Below, piece by piece: positions 9,071 to 19,296 of a DNA stretch of 64,000 nucleotides. Location: contig CAYPWV010000004.1 in assembly GCA_964414795.1 (NCBI GenBank), forward strand, positions 1,591-65,590. The letters are read 5' to 3'. Each line of letters starts with the position of its first letter. Within the stretch, counting starts at the first letter, position 1. Source of the DNA: an uncultured Gammaproteobacteria bacterium (GTDB lineage Bacteria; Patescibacteriota; Patescibacteriia; UBA9934). The notes below the pieces were generated by a model. That model saw only the letters and a list, made by a program, of their open reading frames with translations, made no database searches and was not told the origin of the DNA. The position numbers were made by a program, and so were the translations under genes.

Positions 9071-10345
9071 TTAGTCGTTGAGTTTTTGTGCGACCTTTCC
9101 GGTCATCTTTTCGAACCGTCGAATGATCACATCGCAGAATGCTGGATTGATCTCGCACAGTCTCGCCCGCCGATGCATCTGCTCGCACGCAAGCAACGTG
9201 CTTCCACCGCCACCAAAAAGGTCAATCACGATGTCTCCGGGCTTTGTACAACGTTTGAGAGGCTTCTCGTGAAGGCTCAAAGGCTTTTGCGTAGGGTGTT
9301 CGTATTCGTTTGCTGGATCACGCTTCGCGAGCCAAATATCGAAGATACTGAAAATATCGTCGTGCGTGCGGTTTCCTGCGTCCACATTTTGGTTCATGAT
9401 CTCGTGGAGGTTTGCGATGTCTTCGTTGAGATACGGTTTACCGATTGTTCCATATACGCACGGCTCGTAAGCTTTGTTGAATGCCGTCTGCGGAGTCATG
9501 TTGAAGTTGTTTTTGACCCAAAGACACACGCGTTTGTTTTGAACTCCGTGCTTTGCGAATAGTTGCTGGAACATCCAGATATATCGCTGATCACAATAAT
9601 AGAAAACGTGAGCATCAGGCTTCGCAACGGCTAAGGTGTTTGCGAGAATTGTACTAATAAATGTGCCGTATTCTTCATCAGATAACGAATCGTTCACATC
9701 GCCTTGGTACTTACCGTCTGTAGAAATGCCATTGCTATAGTCCAACCCAAGATTGTAAGGCGGATCGCAGGAGATAACGTCGGCGCGATCATCACCCATG
9801 AGCTGAACGACGACGTTTGGATCTAACGAATCTCCGCAGACAAGACGATGGTCTCCGAGCTGAAAAATGTCCCCGAGTTTTGTTGTCGGCTCCTCGTGTG
9901 AGGGTTCTTCCTTTGGTGCAGCTTGGTCATCGATTCCGCCGATATCTGCCCAGACAGCCGACAAATCCTTGTCATCGAACCCAACATCAAGAAGCATGGA
10001 CAAGTCGAATTCCTTCAGAAGTTCATAATCGAATTCGCCAGTATTGCGATTGAGACGAAGTGTCAGCTCTTTCTCGCGCTCAAGATCGGGAATGTTTACG
10101 TAGACGACAGGAACTTCTTTAAAGCCAAGCTCTTTAGCGACAAGCAAACGGAACGCACCTCCTATCACAATATTCAGCCGTTCAGGAGTAGAATTACATA
10201 TTATCGGGTCAACTAGACCGAAACGCGTAATACTCTCCGTGAGTTTTTCTTTTGCCTTCTTATCGTGCTTACGAGCACTGTACGTGGTGGGGATGAGTTT
10301 ATTAATGTCGACGTATACAGTCTGAATGTTTTCCTGTGTGCTCAT
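9071..10345 (-). CDS. ParB-like N-terminal domain fused to N4/N6 DNA methyltransferase
   Basis: ESITRFGLVDPI...GGAFR (ParB/Srx-like), then CDPPYN, HPTQKP, DLFGGGGSTL. Confidence 0.93.
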   Translation of the reverse strand: MSTQENIQTVYVDINKLIPTTYSARKHDKKAKEKLTESITRFGLVDPIICNSTPERLNIVIGGAFRLLVAKELGFKEVPVVYVNIPDLEREKELTLRLNRNTGEFDYELLKEFDLSMLLDVGFDDKDLSAVWADIGGIDDQAAPKEEPSHEEPTTKLGDIFQLGDHRLVCGDSLDPNVVVQLMGDDRADVISCDPPYNLGLDYSNGISTDGKYQGDVNDSLSDEEYGTFISTILANTLAVAKPDAHVFYYCDQRYIWMFQQLFAKHGVQNKRVCLWVKNNFNMTPQTAFNKAYEPCVYGTIGKPYLNEDIANLHEIMNQNVDAGNRTHDDIFSIFDIWLAKRDPANEYEHPTQKPLSLHEKPLKRCTKPGDIVIDLFGGGGSTLLACEQMHRRARLCEINPAFCDVIIRRFEKMTGKVAQKLND

Positions 10346-10492
10346 ACATGTGTTCTTAATTTCTTAATGAACACATCAAATCATGCCTTTCACCCTAGGC
10401 GACATGCAGCGCTCCTATAGTGACCGCTCCCTGAAAACGTAAAAATAGCCATGGGACGGCTACTTTTTACGAGTTATGCACTATAGGAACTT

Positions 10493-11161
10493 TTAGATAT
10501 TTGGGTTTCGTTTGTCGACTTCGACAAAAAGATGTTTCACGAGTCGAAAACCCAATGTCCGTTCGTTGATAGCGATCTTAGTTGTGAGCTTAAAGACATT
10601 GAATCCAATCCTGTTCAATCGACGGACTGCATCATAAAAAGCCGGTTCGCTGTTGTATCCCGTGTATTCGCACAGCGCCTTGGTTTTCCGATACGTTTTC
10701 TTTAAGCTGGAGAGCATTCGCTGCATTTTCGGTGAAAGCAGGTGCGTTTTACTGGGATCGTCCTGATCGACTAAAAACCCTTCAATGGTAATGCGAAGAT
10801 GGTGCCTCTGAGCTAATGGCTCATTGATTTGCGTTACCCGATCTTCGATTTCATCGATCAAAACATCCGACGGTTCTGATTCTTCGGTTATTTCATCGGT
10901 CGAAGTTCCTTCAGGATCATGAATGAGGCTTTTTCTGTATAAACCTTGAAGATACTTCGTCCATTCTTCAATGGCATCGTTGCGTTCGAAAAGCTTGTTT
11001 ATGAATTCTGGTATCGGTATTGGTTTGAGGAGTTTATCCAAATCAGTGACAGAAGCGATTTTCTCGCTCAAAGCCTTGTCCCTAGCTATCATTTCATCGA
11101 CATATAAGGAAATCCCTGCTTTATCGGGTGGATTGGCGAGATTATTATTCTTTACGACCAT
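10493..11161 (-). CDS. Hypothetical protein, possible C-terminal winged helix
   Basis: Open frame. Start reassigned to ATG 11161 (MVVKNNNL) to avoid overlap with the divergent nuclease. Confidence 0.6.
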   Translation of the reverse strand: MVVKNNNLANPPDKAGISLYVDEMIARDKALSEKIASVTDLDKLLKPIPIPEFINKLFERNDAIEEWTKYLQGLYRKSLIHDPEGTSTDEITEESEPSDVLIDEIEDRVTQINEPLAQRHHLRITIEGFLVDQDDPSKTHLLSPKMQRMLSSLKKTYRKTKALCEYTGYNSEPAFYDAVRRLNRIGFNVFKLTTKIAINERTLGFRLVKHLFVEVDKRNPNI

Positions 11162-11251
11162 ATTGCTCTTAGAATAGCAAAAATAAGGGGTAATTGATAG
11201 AATAACCGTATCTAACTTTTGATTATCCTCGAAATCGATCCGGGAAATGGT

Positions 11252-13267
11252 ATGTATATTGAGGATATCCAAATAGAGAATTTTCGCCTTCTTCAAGATG
11301 CGAATATTCAACTCGAAAAACAAACGACCGTAATAGTCGGTCGTAATAATAGTGGAAAGACATCTCTCACTGAGATTTTTCGGAGACTGCTCCAGGATGG
11401 AAGTCCTGTTTTTCGACTAGAGGACTTTTCCCTGTCCGCACATGAGCTTTTTTGGACTGCATTTAGTTCAAAGTTGGCGGGTAAGGACGAAAGCGAAATT
11501 AGAAGTTCTTTACCAGCCATTAAAGTCACATTGACTGTCTCTTATGATAAAACAGCAAACCTCGGTGCATTAAGTGAATTCATTATCGATCTCGATGATG
11601 CGTGCACAAAAACCAAGATCGAAATTCGCTATGAGCTGGAGGATGGAAAGTTACAGGCGCTCTTTGCATCCATAGAGCTTGACCCGAAGGGAACGGAGGA
11701 AAATAACAAAGTTGCTTTTTTCAAAAAAATGAAAGAGGTGCTGCCTAAACTTTACAAAACATCATTGTTTGCGATTGATCCAAATGATGAGTCGAATGAA
11801 AAAGCGGTGGAGTGGAATAGGCTTGCATCGGTCATTCAGGCTGGTTTTATTAATGCTCAGCGCGGTTTGGACGATACAACACATAAGGATAACGCGGTTC
11901 TCGGTAAAATATTTGGAGTTCTTTTCGAGACAGCCCTATCGGCATCCGCACTCCCTACCGATCAAACAACGGCACAAGTTCTAACAGATGCAGTACATGA
12001 AATTCAAGAGGAGGTCGATACAAAGTTTAATAGTCAGTTGAACGCGCTTGTACCGGCATTCAAACTATTCGGATATCCCGGCTTGTCAGATCCGAAATTA
12101 CGAACGGAAACAACTTTTGATGTTGAACGACTTTTAACGAATTATACAAAGGTGGTTTATTCTGGGACGAACGGAGTTCATTTACCAGAAGCCTTCAATG
12201 GTTTGGGAGCGCGAAATCTGATATACATTTTGCTGAAGCTTTACGAATTTTTCAAAACGTTTAAAACGACTCCCTGTTCGCCAGGAGTCCATATCATTTT
12301 TATCGAGGAACCAGAGGCTCATCTGCACCCACAGATGCAGGAAGTCTTTATTAAAAAATTAAGCGAAGTTGCGGCAGCTTTTGCTAAGGATTGTGGAGAC
12401 GGCGAGGAGTGGCCGGTACAATTTATCGTTACAACTCATTCATCCCACATGGCAAACCGGGCATCCTTCAGTGCCATCCGATATTTTCTTGTAACGGAAA
12501 CAAAGCAGTCCGACATTACATACTGCCGAACGAAAATCAAGGATCTAAATACAGGCTTGACGGGCATATCTGCTGACGACAAAAAATTCCTTCATCAGTA
12601 TATGACCCTGACCCGATGCGATCTTTTATTCGCAGACAAGATTATCTTGATTGAAGGTACTTCCGAACGATTATTACTGCCAAAAATCATTGAAAAGTTA
12701 GACAACGGAAAACAGCCGGAAGAAAAATTGTCGAGCCAATACATTTCGATCATGGAGGTCGGTGGTGCATATGCGCATAAATTCTTTGACCTTCTCAACT
12801 TTTTGGAGTTAAAAACGCTTATCATTACTGATCTCGATAGCGCGAAGCTTTCTGGTAGAAAATACAAGGCGGAACCCGTACAGAGCGGAACCCGTACAAC
12901 AAATTCCTGTCTTAAGACTTGGTTTGAGAAAGACGATATTTCTCCAACTGAACTTCTTGCGAAGGTTGACGCAGAAAAAATAAAGGAGGATCGTCGTATC
13001 GCCTATCAAATTCCTGAGACGCCTGGGGATTTATGTGGTCGTAGCTTTGAAGAGGCGTTTATTTTAGCAAATACTGCTTTATTTGATCTTACATCAACAA
13101 CTGCTTGGGATCTCGCGGGTGAACAAAAGAAATCAGAATTCGCTTTGAAGCACGCGATTGATGTACATGAATGGAATTCTCCTCGTTACATTACAGAAGG
13201 TTTGATTTGGCTCTCTCAGAATCAGTCCCCCATAGGGGCAATTGTTGCTCCAACTCCCGAGGAATAA
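11252..13267 (+). CDS. OLD-family ABC-ATPase/TOPRIM nuclease (GajA-like)
   Basis: IENFR, Walker A GRNNSGKT, IEEPEAHLHP, VTTHS, TOPRIM IEGTSE and TDLD. ATG at 11252. Confidence 0.92.
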   Translation: MYIEDIQIENFRLLQDANIQLEKQTTVIVGRNNSGKTSLTEIFRRLLQDGSPVFRLEDFSLSAHELFWTAFSSKLAGKDESEIRSSLPAIKVTLTVSYDKTANLGALSEFIIDLDDACTKTKIEIRYELEDGKLQALFASIELDPKGTEENNKVAFFKKMKEVLPKLYKTSLFAIDPNDESNEKAVEWNRLASVIQAGFINAQRGLDDTTHKDNAVLGKIFGVLFETALSASALPTDQTTAQVLTDAVHEIQEEVDTKFNSQLNALVPAFKLFGYPGLSDPKLRTETTFDVERLLTNYTKVVYSGTNGVHLPEAFNGLGARNLIYILLKLYEFFKTFKTTPCSPGVHIIFIEEPEAHLHPQMQEVFIKKLSEVAAAFAKDCGDGEEWPVQFIVTTHSSHMANRASFSAIRYFLVTETKQSDITYCRTKIKDLNTGLTGISADDKKFLHQYMTLTRCDLLFADKIILIEGTSERLLLPKIIEKLDNGKQPEEKLSSQYISIMEVGGAYAHKFFDLLNFLELKTLIITDLDSAKLSGRKYKAEPVQSGTRTTNSCLKTWFEKDDISPTELLAKVDAEKIKEDRRIAYQIPETPGDLCGRSFEEAFILANTALFDLTSTTAWDLAGEQKKSEFALKHAIDVHEWNSPRYITEGLIWLSQNQSPIGAIVAPTPEE

Positions 13268-13269
13268 AT

Positions 13270-15003
13270 ATGCCGGAAATTAACTCAACCAATCCCGCAG
13301 AAGAGGCATCAAAGTCTGCATTGGAAAAAATGTTTTTTGCCATAGGTAATAATCAGAATTTTTTGTTGGAAGCAGGAGCAGGAGCCGGAAAAACATTCTC
13401 ACTTATCAAAGCTCTTCAATATTTGATCGAAAAGAGAGGCGCGGAGTTTTTGCGTAAGCACCAATCGATCGCGTGCATTACCTACACAAATGTCGCCAGT
13501 GATGAAATTCGATCTCGAATCGACAGTCATCCAGCTGTTTTCTCTTCAACAATCCATGCCTTTTGCTGGTCACTTATCAAAGACTTTCAACCCGAGTTAA
13601 GAAAAAATCTTGCTTTAATAGAAAAATGGTCTGAAAGAATCATAGAGGCAGGAGGACTTGGCGATAAAAAAGTTAAATATGAATTAGGGTATCCGAAGAT
13701 CGACGAAGATATCTTACTTGGACACGGAGACGTGATTACACTCACTATCGCTCTCTTGGACAGTCAAAAGTTCCGTGATATTTTTGTAAGTCGTTACCCA
13801 GTGGTGCTGATCGACGAGTATCAGGATACAGATGAAAACTTCGTTGAAGCCCTTAAGAAGTACATGTTTGTAGGCGAACGCAAGCCACTAATCGGATTCT
13901 TCGGAGACCATTGGCAAAAAATTTATGAGGAGGGCGGCGAGCAGGTTGAACATCCAGAATTATCTGTTATAGGAATGGGGGCAAACTTTAGATCAGCTCC
14001 TGTCATTGTGGATGTTCTCAACAAAATGCGACCAGAACTCGCTCAAGCAGTGAAGGATGCTACGCTACTTGGAACCGCTAACGTTTATCACACGAACTCA
14101 TGGGCAGGTGTACGGCAAACCAAGCCCCACTGGAAGGGTGACCTACCCGCCGATGAGGCTCACAATTACCTTGAGAAGTTAAAACAGATTCTCATTGATA
14201 CTGGATGGGATTTTACATCTGGTAAAACTAAAATCCTGATGCTAACCCATAACGTTTTGGCAAAGGAGCAGGGATATAGCGGCATTGTCGAAGCTTTTGA
14301 TGGAAAAAATGATCGTTTCGTCAAAAAGGAAGATCGCCATATTAAATTTCTAGTAGAAGTGGTTGAACCACTCTGCTTGGCTTACGAACAAAAACGTTTC
14401 GGTGAAATGTTCAAAGTGATTGGCGGTGGACATCCGACGATTCATTCTCACGCGGACAAGACGGGCTGGAAAAGAGATATGGAAACACTGATGACTATTC
14501 GTTCCAGTGGAACTGTGGGAGATGTGATTGATCACCTCAAATCGACTGGTAGACCACACCTGCCAGAATCAGTTGAGCGAAAAGAAAGTAAACTTTTATT
14601 GCCGGTCGATCAGCTAGTCAACGATGAAGTTGAATCGATTGATAGACTTCGTGCTTTACGCGGCGTTCCTTACCAAGAAGTTGTCGCCTTGGCAAAATTC
14701 ATTGATGAAAAAACTCCATTTTCTACAAAGCACGGGGTAAAGGGTGCAGAGTTTGAAAATGTTCTTGTTGTGATCGGTAGAGGTTGGAATCATTACGATT
14801 TCAATCAAATGCTGGAATGGTTTCACACGGGTACACCATCGGACAAACTAAAAGCTTTTCATCGAAATAGAAACCTCTTTTACGTTGCCTGTTCACGTGC
14901 AAAGGCAAATCTTGCCTTGTTTCTTACACAAGAACTATCCGATGATGCGTTATCCCAACTCACTTCTTGGTTTTCCCAGGAAAACATTCATCCTATGACC
15001 TAG
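13270..15003 (+). CDS. UvrD-like SF1 helicase (GajB-like)
   Basis: AGAGAGKT, ITYTN, IDEYQD, GDHWQKIY, TKHGVKGAEF, YVACSRAK. Starts 2 nt after the OLD nuclease stop. Confidence 0.92.
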   Translation: MPEINSTNPAEEASKSALEKMFFAIGNNQNFLLEAGAGAGKTFSLIKALQYLIEKRGAEFLRKHQSIACITYTNVASDEIRSRIDSHPAVFSSTIHAFCWSLIKDFQPELRKNLALIEKWSERIIEAGGLGDKKVKYELGYPKIDEDILLGHGDVITLTIALLDSQKFRDIFVSRYPVVLIDEYQDTDENFVEALKKYMFVGERKPLIGFFGDHWQKIYEEGGEQVEHPELSVIGMGANFRSAPVIVDVLNKMRPELAQAVKDATLLGTANVYHTNSWAGVRQTKPHWKGDLPADEAHNYLEKLKQILIDTGWDFTSGKTKILMLTHNVLAKEQGYSGIVEAFDGKNDRFVKKEDRHIKFLVEVVEPLCLAYEQKRFGEMFKVIGGGHPTIHSHADKTGWKRDMETLMTIRSSGTVGDVIDHLKSTGRPHLPESVERKESKLLLPVDQLVNDEVESIDRLRALRGVPYQEVVALAKFIDEKTPFSTKHGVKGAEFENVLVVIGRGWNHYDFNQMLEWFHTGTPSDKLKAFHRNRNLFYVACSRAKANLALFLTQELSDDALSQLTSWFSQENIHPMT

Positions 15004-15027
15004 AATGAGACTACATTTTCATGAAAT

Positions 15028-15834
15028 ATGCATCTCGTTGATTTTGGTATAGATAATCGTAAATTAGCTTCTCTCATCTGGTTGGTGATCGCTTTTCTCT
15101 GGATGTTGTTCAATAACGATATCCGAAAAAGTTTGTTGCAAGTAGTTAAGGCAGTTTCTCATCCGAAAGCATTAACAACACTCTTTTTATGTTCTGTCTA
15201 TGTGTCTTTAATCATTTTCTCACTTGAACATCTCGGCTATTGGCATTTGGGAATGCTCGCGGATTCGATTTTTTGGTTTATTGGAACGGCTCTAGTGCTG
15301 GTAGTGAACTCGAACGACATGGTGGACTCTGAGAAGTTTAAAATAAAGTTGCTTCAATATTTCTCGCTCTCAATCATTTTAGACTTTTTCGTTAACTTAT
15401 ATAGCTTCAGCTTCTTAACAGAAATGGTGATTCTGCCATTAATAACTTTAGTCTTTCTTCTTTTTGCAGTAGCTAATGGCAATATAAAGTACAAAGCGGT
15501 TACTTCTTTAACGACAGTTCTTCTCACGATCGCAGGTCTATTTTATTTATGGAGATCGTCCATCGGGCTATATACCGATCTGCCAGTAATAAATACTTTT
15601 GGAACATTCGAAAACTTTTTATTGATCCCAATATTAACCTTGCTATTCATCCCGTTTCTATACGTCATAGTAATGACCATGGGGTACGGCGCTCTATTTT
15701 CACGAATCCAATTCTTTTTTAAGAATGATCTATCCTTGCAAAGAAGTATAAAATGGAAGGCGGTTAAAACTTGTAACGTAAATTTGAAACGACTAAATAT
15801 TTTCTCTTCATCTTTTTACAAAACCTACGTTTAA
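15028..15834 (+). CDS. Multi-pass membrane protein, unknown function
   Basis: 268 aa, about 7 hydrophobic segments, AT-rich. Confidence 0.75.
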   Translation: MHLVDFGIDNRKLASLIWLVIAFLWMLFNNDIRKSLLQVVKAVSHPKALTTLFLCSVYVSLIIFSLEHLGYWHLGMLADSIFWFIGTALVLVVNSNDMVDSEKFKIKLLQYFSLSIILDFFVNLYSFSFLTEMVILPLITLVFLLFAVANGNIKYKAVTSLTTVLLTIAGLFYLWRSSIGLYTDLPVINTFGTFENFLLIPILTLLFIPFLYVIVMTMGYGALFSRIQFFFKNDLSLQRSIKWKAVKTCNVNLKRLNIFSSSFYKTYV

Positions 15835-16039
15835 GACCATACAAGCAACTGACTTTGTTCGTGTCTTGTTCGTATTTTTACCATTGTAAAAGTCCACTGA
15901 TTTCAGTATTTCTGCGCATGGTACCCCATACTGTATCGTCTCATTTGTCTCATTTCGATACGACCGGAACAGGGTCGGCAAGCATATAGAAGGGTGCTCC
16001 AAAGTCCCCTCAAAGTCTTCAATCTAGACCGGGCCGCAG

Positions 16040-16141
16040 AACCACAAAGTAGAAACCAAAAACTGGTTTCTATTTTGTTTTTGGTTTCACTTTGTGGTAA
16101 ACCCTACAGTGAACCGAACGCAGTGAGGTTCTACTGTAGGG
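16040..16141 (+). repeat. Two adjacent imperfect inverted repeats near the island right end
   Basis: ACCACAAAGT.GAAACCAAAAAC...GTTTTTGGTTTC.ACTTTGTGGT, then CCTACAGTGAACC...GGTTCtACTGTAGG. Confidence 0.7.
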
Positions 16142-16257
16142 GAACTATGAGCAGAAACCTCACAGTTTCTGTTTTGCGTTTTGTGGAGTATCCAAACAAC
16201 ATAAAAAATGCTAATCTAAAATCATAATAAGGTTTTAGATGACGTAATTAGAAAAAT

Positions 16258-16473
16258 ATGGCCAGGATTACTTTTGAATCAGTTTTCAAAAAGAATTTAG
16301 ATGGATCCTTCGAACCAACACAACGAATCCGTGTAGGTGGTGTTGAATTTGGTCCTGGTATTCGATTTACTCCTGGCGTCTCTTTTGTTGGCATCGACTT
16401 CACTCAATTGGTTGGAAAAGATTTCGAGGTTGAAACTGACGGTAGTGTTATGGTTTTAAAGGGTGCATATTGA
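16258..16473 (+). CDS. Small hypothetical beta-rich protein
   Basis: 71-aa ORF with protein-like composition, first of four AT-rich co-oriented ORFs. Confidence 0.65.
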   Translation: MARITFESVFKKNLDGSFEPTQRIRVGGVEFGPGIRFTPGVSFVGIDFTQLVGKDFEVETDGSVMVLKGAY

Positions 16474-16825
16474 TATGACACCTAACGAACCAACACTAAA
16501 TAATAGCTCTCAATCAGACTCGGATGAGCTTCCTATTAAGTTTCCAATAGATCCTAAAGATTTATATAAACATCTTGACAGACAAACAAATTTGATCATC
16601 GGAATTTTTTCAATCGCGATCATAACAATGCTTTGTATGGTAGGGGGACTTCTTATTGATGCCTTTCATTTTAACTCAGCAACTTATAGAGAGTATTCTG
16701 AAAAGATAGATACACTTAATCAACTTCAAATAACAAATAAAAGTCTTCAAGAGCAGATTCAAACAAACGAAAACGCAATCCTCCAACAAAATACACAAAT
16801 TCTAAACATCCTCAATACCAAATAG
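16463..16825 (+). CDS. Hypothetical single-TM coiled-coil protein
   Basis: One TM segment followed by a Q/N-rich coil. Confidence 0.6.
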   Translation: MHIDMTPNEPTLNNSSQSDSDELPIKFPIDPKDLYKHLDRQTNLIIGIFSIAIITMLCMVGGLLIDAFHFNSATYREYSEKIDTLNQLQITNKSLQEQIQTNENAILQQNTQILNILNTK

Positions 16826-16846
16826 ACCTGCCTAATCAATTCTTTT

Positions 16847-17146
16847 ATGATTTATTTACTTCTTTTAATCATTATTGCATTACTCACTTATAATGCATTT
16901 TTTACATCAGAAAAAATTGAGCAACGAGAGATAAAACGGATGCAGAAATTATTTAATACGCCGCTGTATCCGAATGCAGTAAAATTTATAGCAAACGACG
17001 AAAGAAATAACTTATATCCTGACGAAATTGTTAAATTAGGATTAAAATATACAACGAGAAGAGAAGCGACAAATAAGTTAATTGAAACCAAGAAGCAATA
17101 CCCAAATCTAAGTGAAGAAGAAATCCAAATATTCGCCCAACTATAA
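16847..17146 (+). CDS. Hypothetical protein with N-terminal membrane anchor
   Basis: MIYLLLLIIIALL start, 99 aa. Confidence 0.6.
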   Translation: MIYLLLLIIIALLTYNAFFTSEKIEQREIKRMQKLFNTPLYPNAVKFIANDERNNLYPDEIVKLGLKYTTRREATNKLIETKKQYPNLSEEEIQIFAQL

Positions 17147-17179
17147 AAAGATTCAACACGATTAAACTTTATAGGCTCT

Positions 17180-17488
17180 ATGATTCCATTAGCAGATATT
17201 ATCCAAATTGCCATATTTTGTGCCATTGTCATTTATACGTGGGAAACGCACACTCTTCGCGAATGGCAGCAAAAACAAGTACAACTCACTATCCTCAATA
17301 TGGAGATGGATCGCCGTGGTAAGGACGCTATAATTCCAAGTTATTATCCGAAGGCGGTTTTGGAGATTTATCACGACGCATATTTCGATCCCAACGAAAT
17401 GTACTCACCTATTTATCGCATCCCACTTAACTTTGTTCAAAAGATAAAAAAGTTTTTTCACAGCTCTCGACAAAACACCCGTCGCTAA
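17180..17488 (+). CDS. Hypothetical protein with N-terminal TM
   Basis: Hydrophobic N-terminus followed by YTWET, 102 aa. Confidence 0.6.
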   Translation: MIPLADIIQIAIFCAIVIYTWETHTLREWQQKQVQLTILNMEMDRRGKDAIIPSYYPKAVLEIYHDAYFDPNEMYSPIYRIPLNFVQKIKKFFHSSRQNTRR

Positions 17489-17701
17489 ATGCAAACTTCT
17501 TACTTTGGCCTCGTTATCCAAAGTTTTACACGACCGGGATAGGGTTTACCGGGCACAAAGGCAGAAATGCTGGTATTTTTTGTCCTGAATTTCTAATCTT
17601 TTCAACGATCAATAGATCATCTTTTAACATGATCAAACTTTTCAGTTACGCAGTTTTGGCACTCACCACACAATCTGCTACTCTCCTCTGAGGAGGTGCT
17701 C

Positions 17702-18328
17702 ATGTTTTTTCTCAGCCTTCTTCTCATCGCCTGCACCGCGCCTGGTGAACGCGTCACAATCAAGGCTACGCTTCTGTCTGCTCAGATAGAAGACGGAGCA
17801 ATCGTAGAAAAAACGCGAATGAAGGAAGGAGTCGAATTTTCGATCACGAAAGGGCTTCAAAATCCGGCGGCAAAAACCGATCCGGCAACTATCGTCGTAA
17901 CCGGAAAAACGCCGGAAATGGTCAACCTGACTCCTGGAATCTATTGCGTTACATTCAACTACACGGCGCCAAAAGGTGCGCCGTACGTTGGTGAACGGAC
18001 ATGCTTTTTCGTCGGTCTCCAGCCAGAGACCGTCACTACCACGCTCTGCGCAGATCTTACGGGCGACTGGATCTGCGAAGACATGTGGGGCGCGGTGGGA
18101 ACGCCGGATATATTTTATACGAATAACGACGTGACGATGCATGACTGCAAAGTTGAACTCACGGGTATCAGCTGGGGCGGACAACCAATTACGGTCGTCG
18201 GCAACAAGCTCACCTTCGAGCTTGGGGATTACGCCGCAGACGGCATCGTAGATGAGACCGGGTCCCTCATCACGTTCCGCGTCGACTACGGAATAGGCTA
18301 CTGGTCAACCTGCCAAAAGCTCTACTGA
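17702..18328 (+). CDS. Putative lipoprotein, unknown function
   Basis: GAGGAGGT SD before ATG 17702, lipobox-like LLIAC, beta-rich, own terminator. Confidence 0.75.
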   Translation: MFFLSLLLIACTAPGERVTIKATLLSAQIEDGAIVEKTRMKEGVEFSITKGLQNPAAKTDPATIVVTGKTPEMVNLTPGIYCVTFNYTAPKGAPYVGERTCFFVGLQPETVTTTLCADLTGDWICEDMWGAVGTPDIFYTNNDVTMHDCKVELTGISWGGQPITVVGNKLTFELGDYAADGIVDETGSLITFRVDYGIGYWSTCQKLY

Positions 18329-18339
18329 GGATTCCGCTC

Positions 18340-18364
18340 AAGCCCGACATGCGTCGGGCTTTTT
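18340..18364 (+). terminator. Intrinsic terminator
   Basis: AAGCCCGAC-ATGC-GTCGGGCTTTTT between convergent genes. Confidence 0.85.
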
Positions 18365-18383
18365 CGTTGCCTCTCCATAGAAA

Positions 18384-19295
18384 TTACCCCTTCAAAAACT
18401 TGCGTACCGCACCTGCAGTCGTAACTACACCCAACAACGAAAGTCCAATCCATTGCACCAAAAAGAGTGCAATGCCATTTTCAAAATAAAACCGTACAAG
18501 ACTCACCGGAACTCCCGAAAAGAAACGTGCAATAAGCGGCTCAAGCGAAATAAGGACAACCGCAAGAAGACCAGTCATGAGCAACGTTGCAGCAAGGGCA
18601 TAAAAAATGGCTTCAAGCAAAAACGGTGCGCGAATAAACCAGTCTTTCGCACCCACCAATTTCATGACTGAAATTTCATCACGATGCGTATAAATACCTA
18701 CACGAATCGTATTGAACACGATAAGAATGGAAATAAGGCCGAAAAATGCCGCAAGTCCCATACCGCCCCAACGAATGTGATTGGTAAACGTGGAAAGACG
18801 TTCAATAACGTTTTGATAATCTGCGTAATCTTTATCTTTAATATACTGAGAAAATTCGGGGCTATTTACCGCTTCAAGAATAAAGGGGAAATCTTCGGGA
18901 TGCTCGGCCTGCACACGCAGTGCATCACCAAACGGATTACCGTCTACTTCTTTAAGTGCCGCCAAAATCTCTGCGTCATTTGCATGGCGTTCGGTAAAAG
19001 AGATAAGCGCCTCATCAGCAGAAACGGTGGTAACATCACGCACTTGGGGCAAACCAATAAGATACCCGCGCACCGATTTCACCACATCCTCACTTGTTCC
19101 CGGAACAAAATACACTTCAACCTGCACCCGATCTTCAATAGCCTTAATGGAAGCATCGGCAAGCACATTGAGAATAATCACTGCGTTGATGGTAACAAGC
19201 GTAAGAAAAAGAACCGACGTAGTAACAAACGAAAGCCAAAAATTACGAAAGATTCCTTGAAAGGCAAACCTGATCATGCGAAAAAATGCGCGCAT
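18384..19295 (-). CDS. ftsX: Cell division permease FtsX
   Basis: RNFWLSF, NTIRVGIYTHRDEISVMKLVGA..WFIRAPFLLE. Follows ftsE. Start set at ATG 19295. Confidence 0.93.
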   Translation of the reverse strand: MRAFFRMIRFAFQGIFRNFWLSFVTTSVLFLTLVTINAVIILNVLADASIKAIEDRVQVEVYFVPGTSEDVVKSVRGYLIGLPQVRDVTTVSADEALISFTERHANDAEILAALKEVDGNPFGDALRVQAEHPEDFPFILEAVNSPEFSQYIKDKDYADYQNVIERLSTFTNHIRWGGMGLAAFFGLISILIVFNTIRVGIYTHRDEISVMKLVGAKDWFIRAPFLLEAIFYALAATLLMTGLLAVVLISLEPLIARFFSGVPVSLVRFYFENGIALFLVQWIGLSLLGVVTTAGAVRKFLKG

Positions 19296-19296
19296 A

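Noticed and set aside
7800-10345. Intact prophage
   Set aside because: No large terminase, portal, capsid, tail or lysis genes are recognisable in the window.
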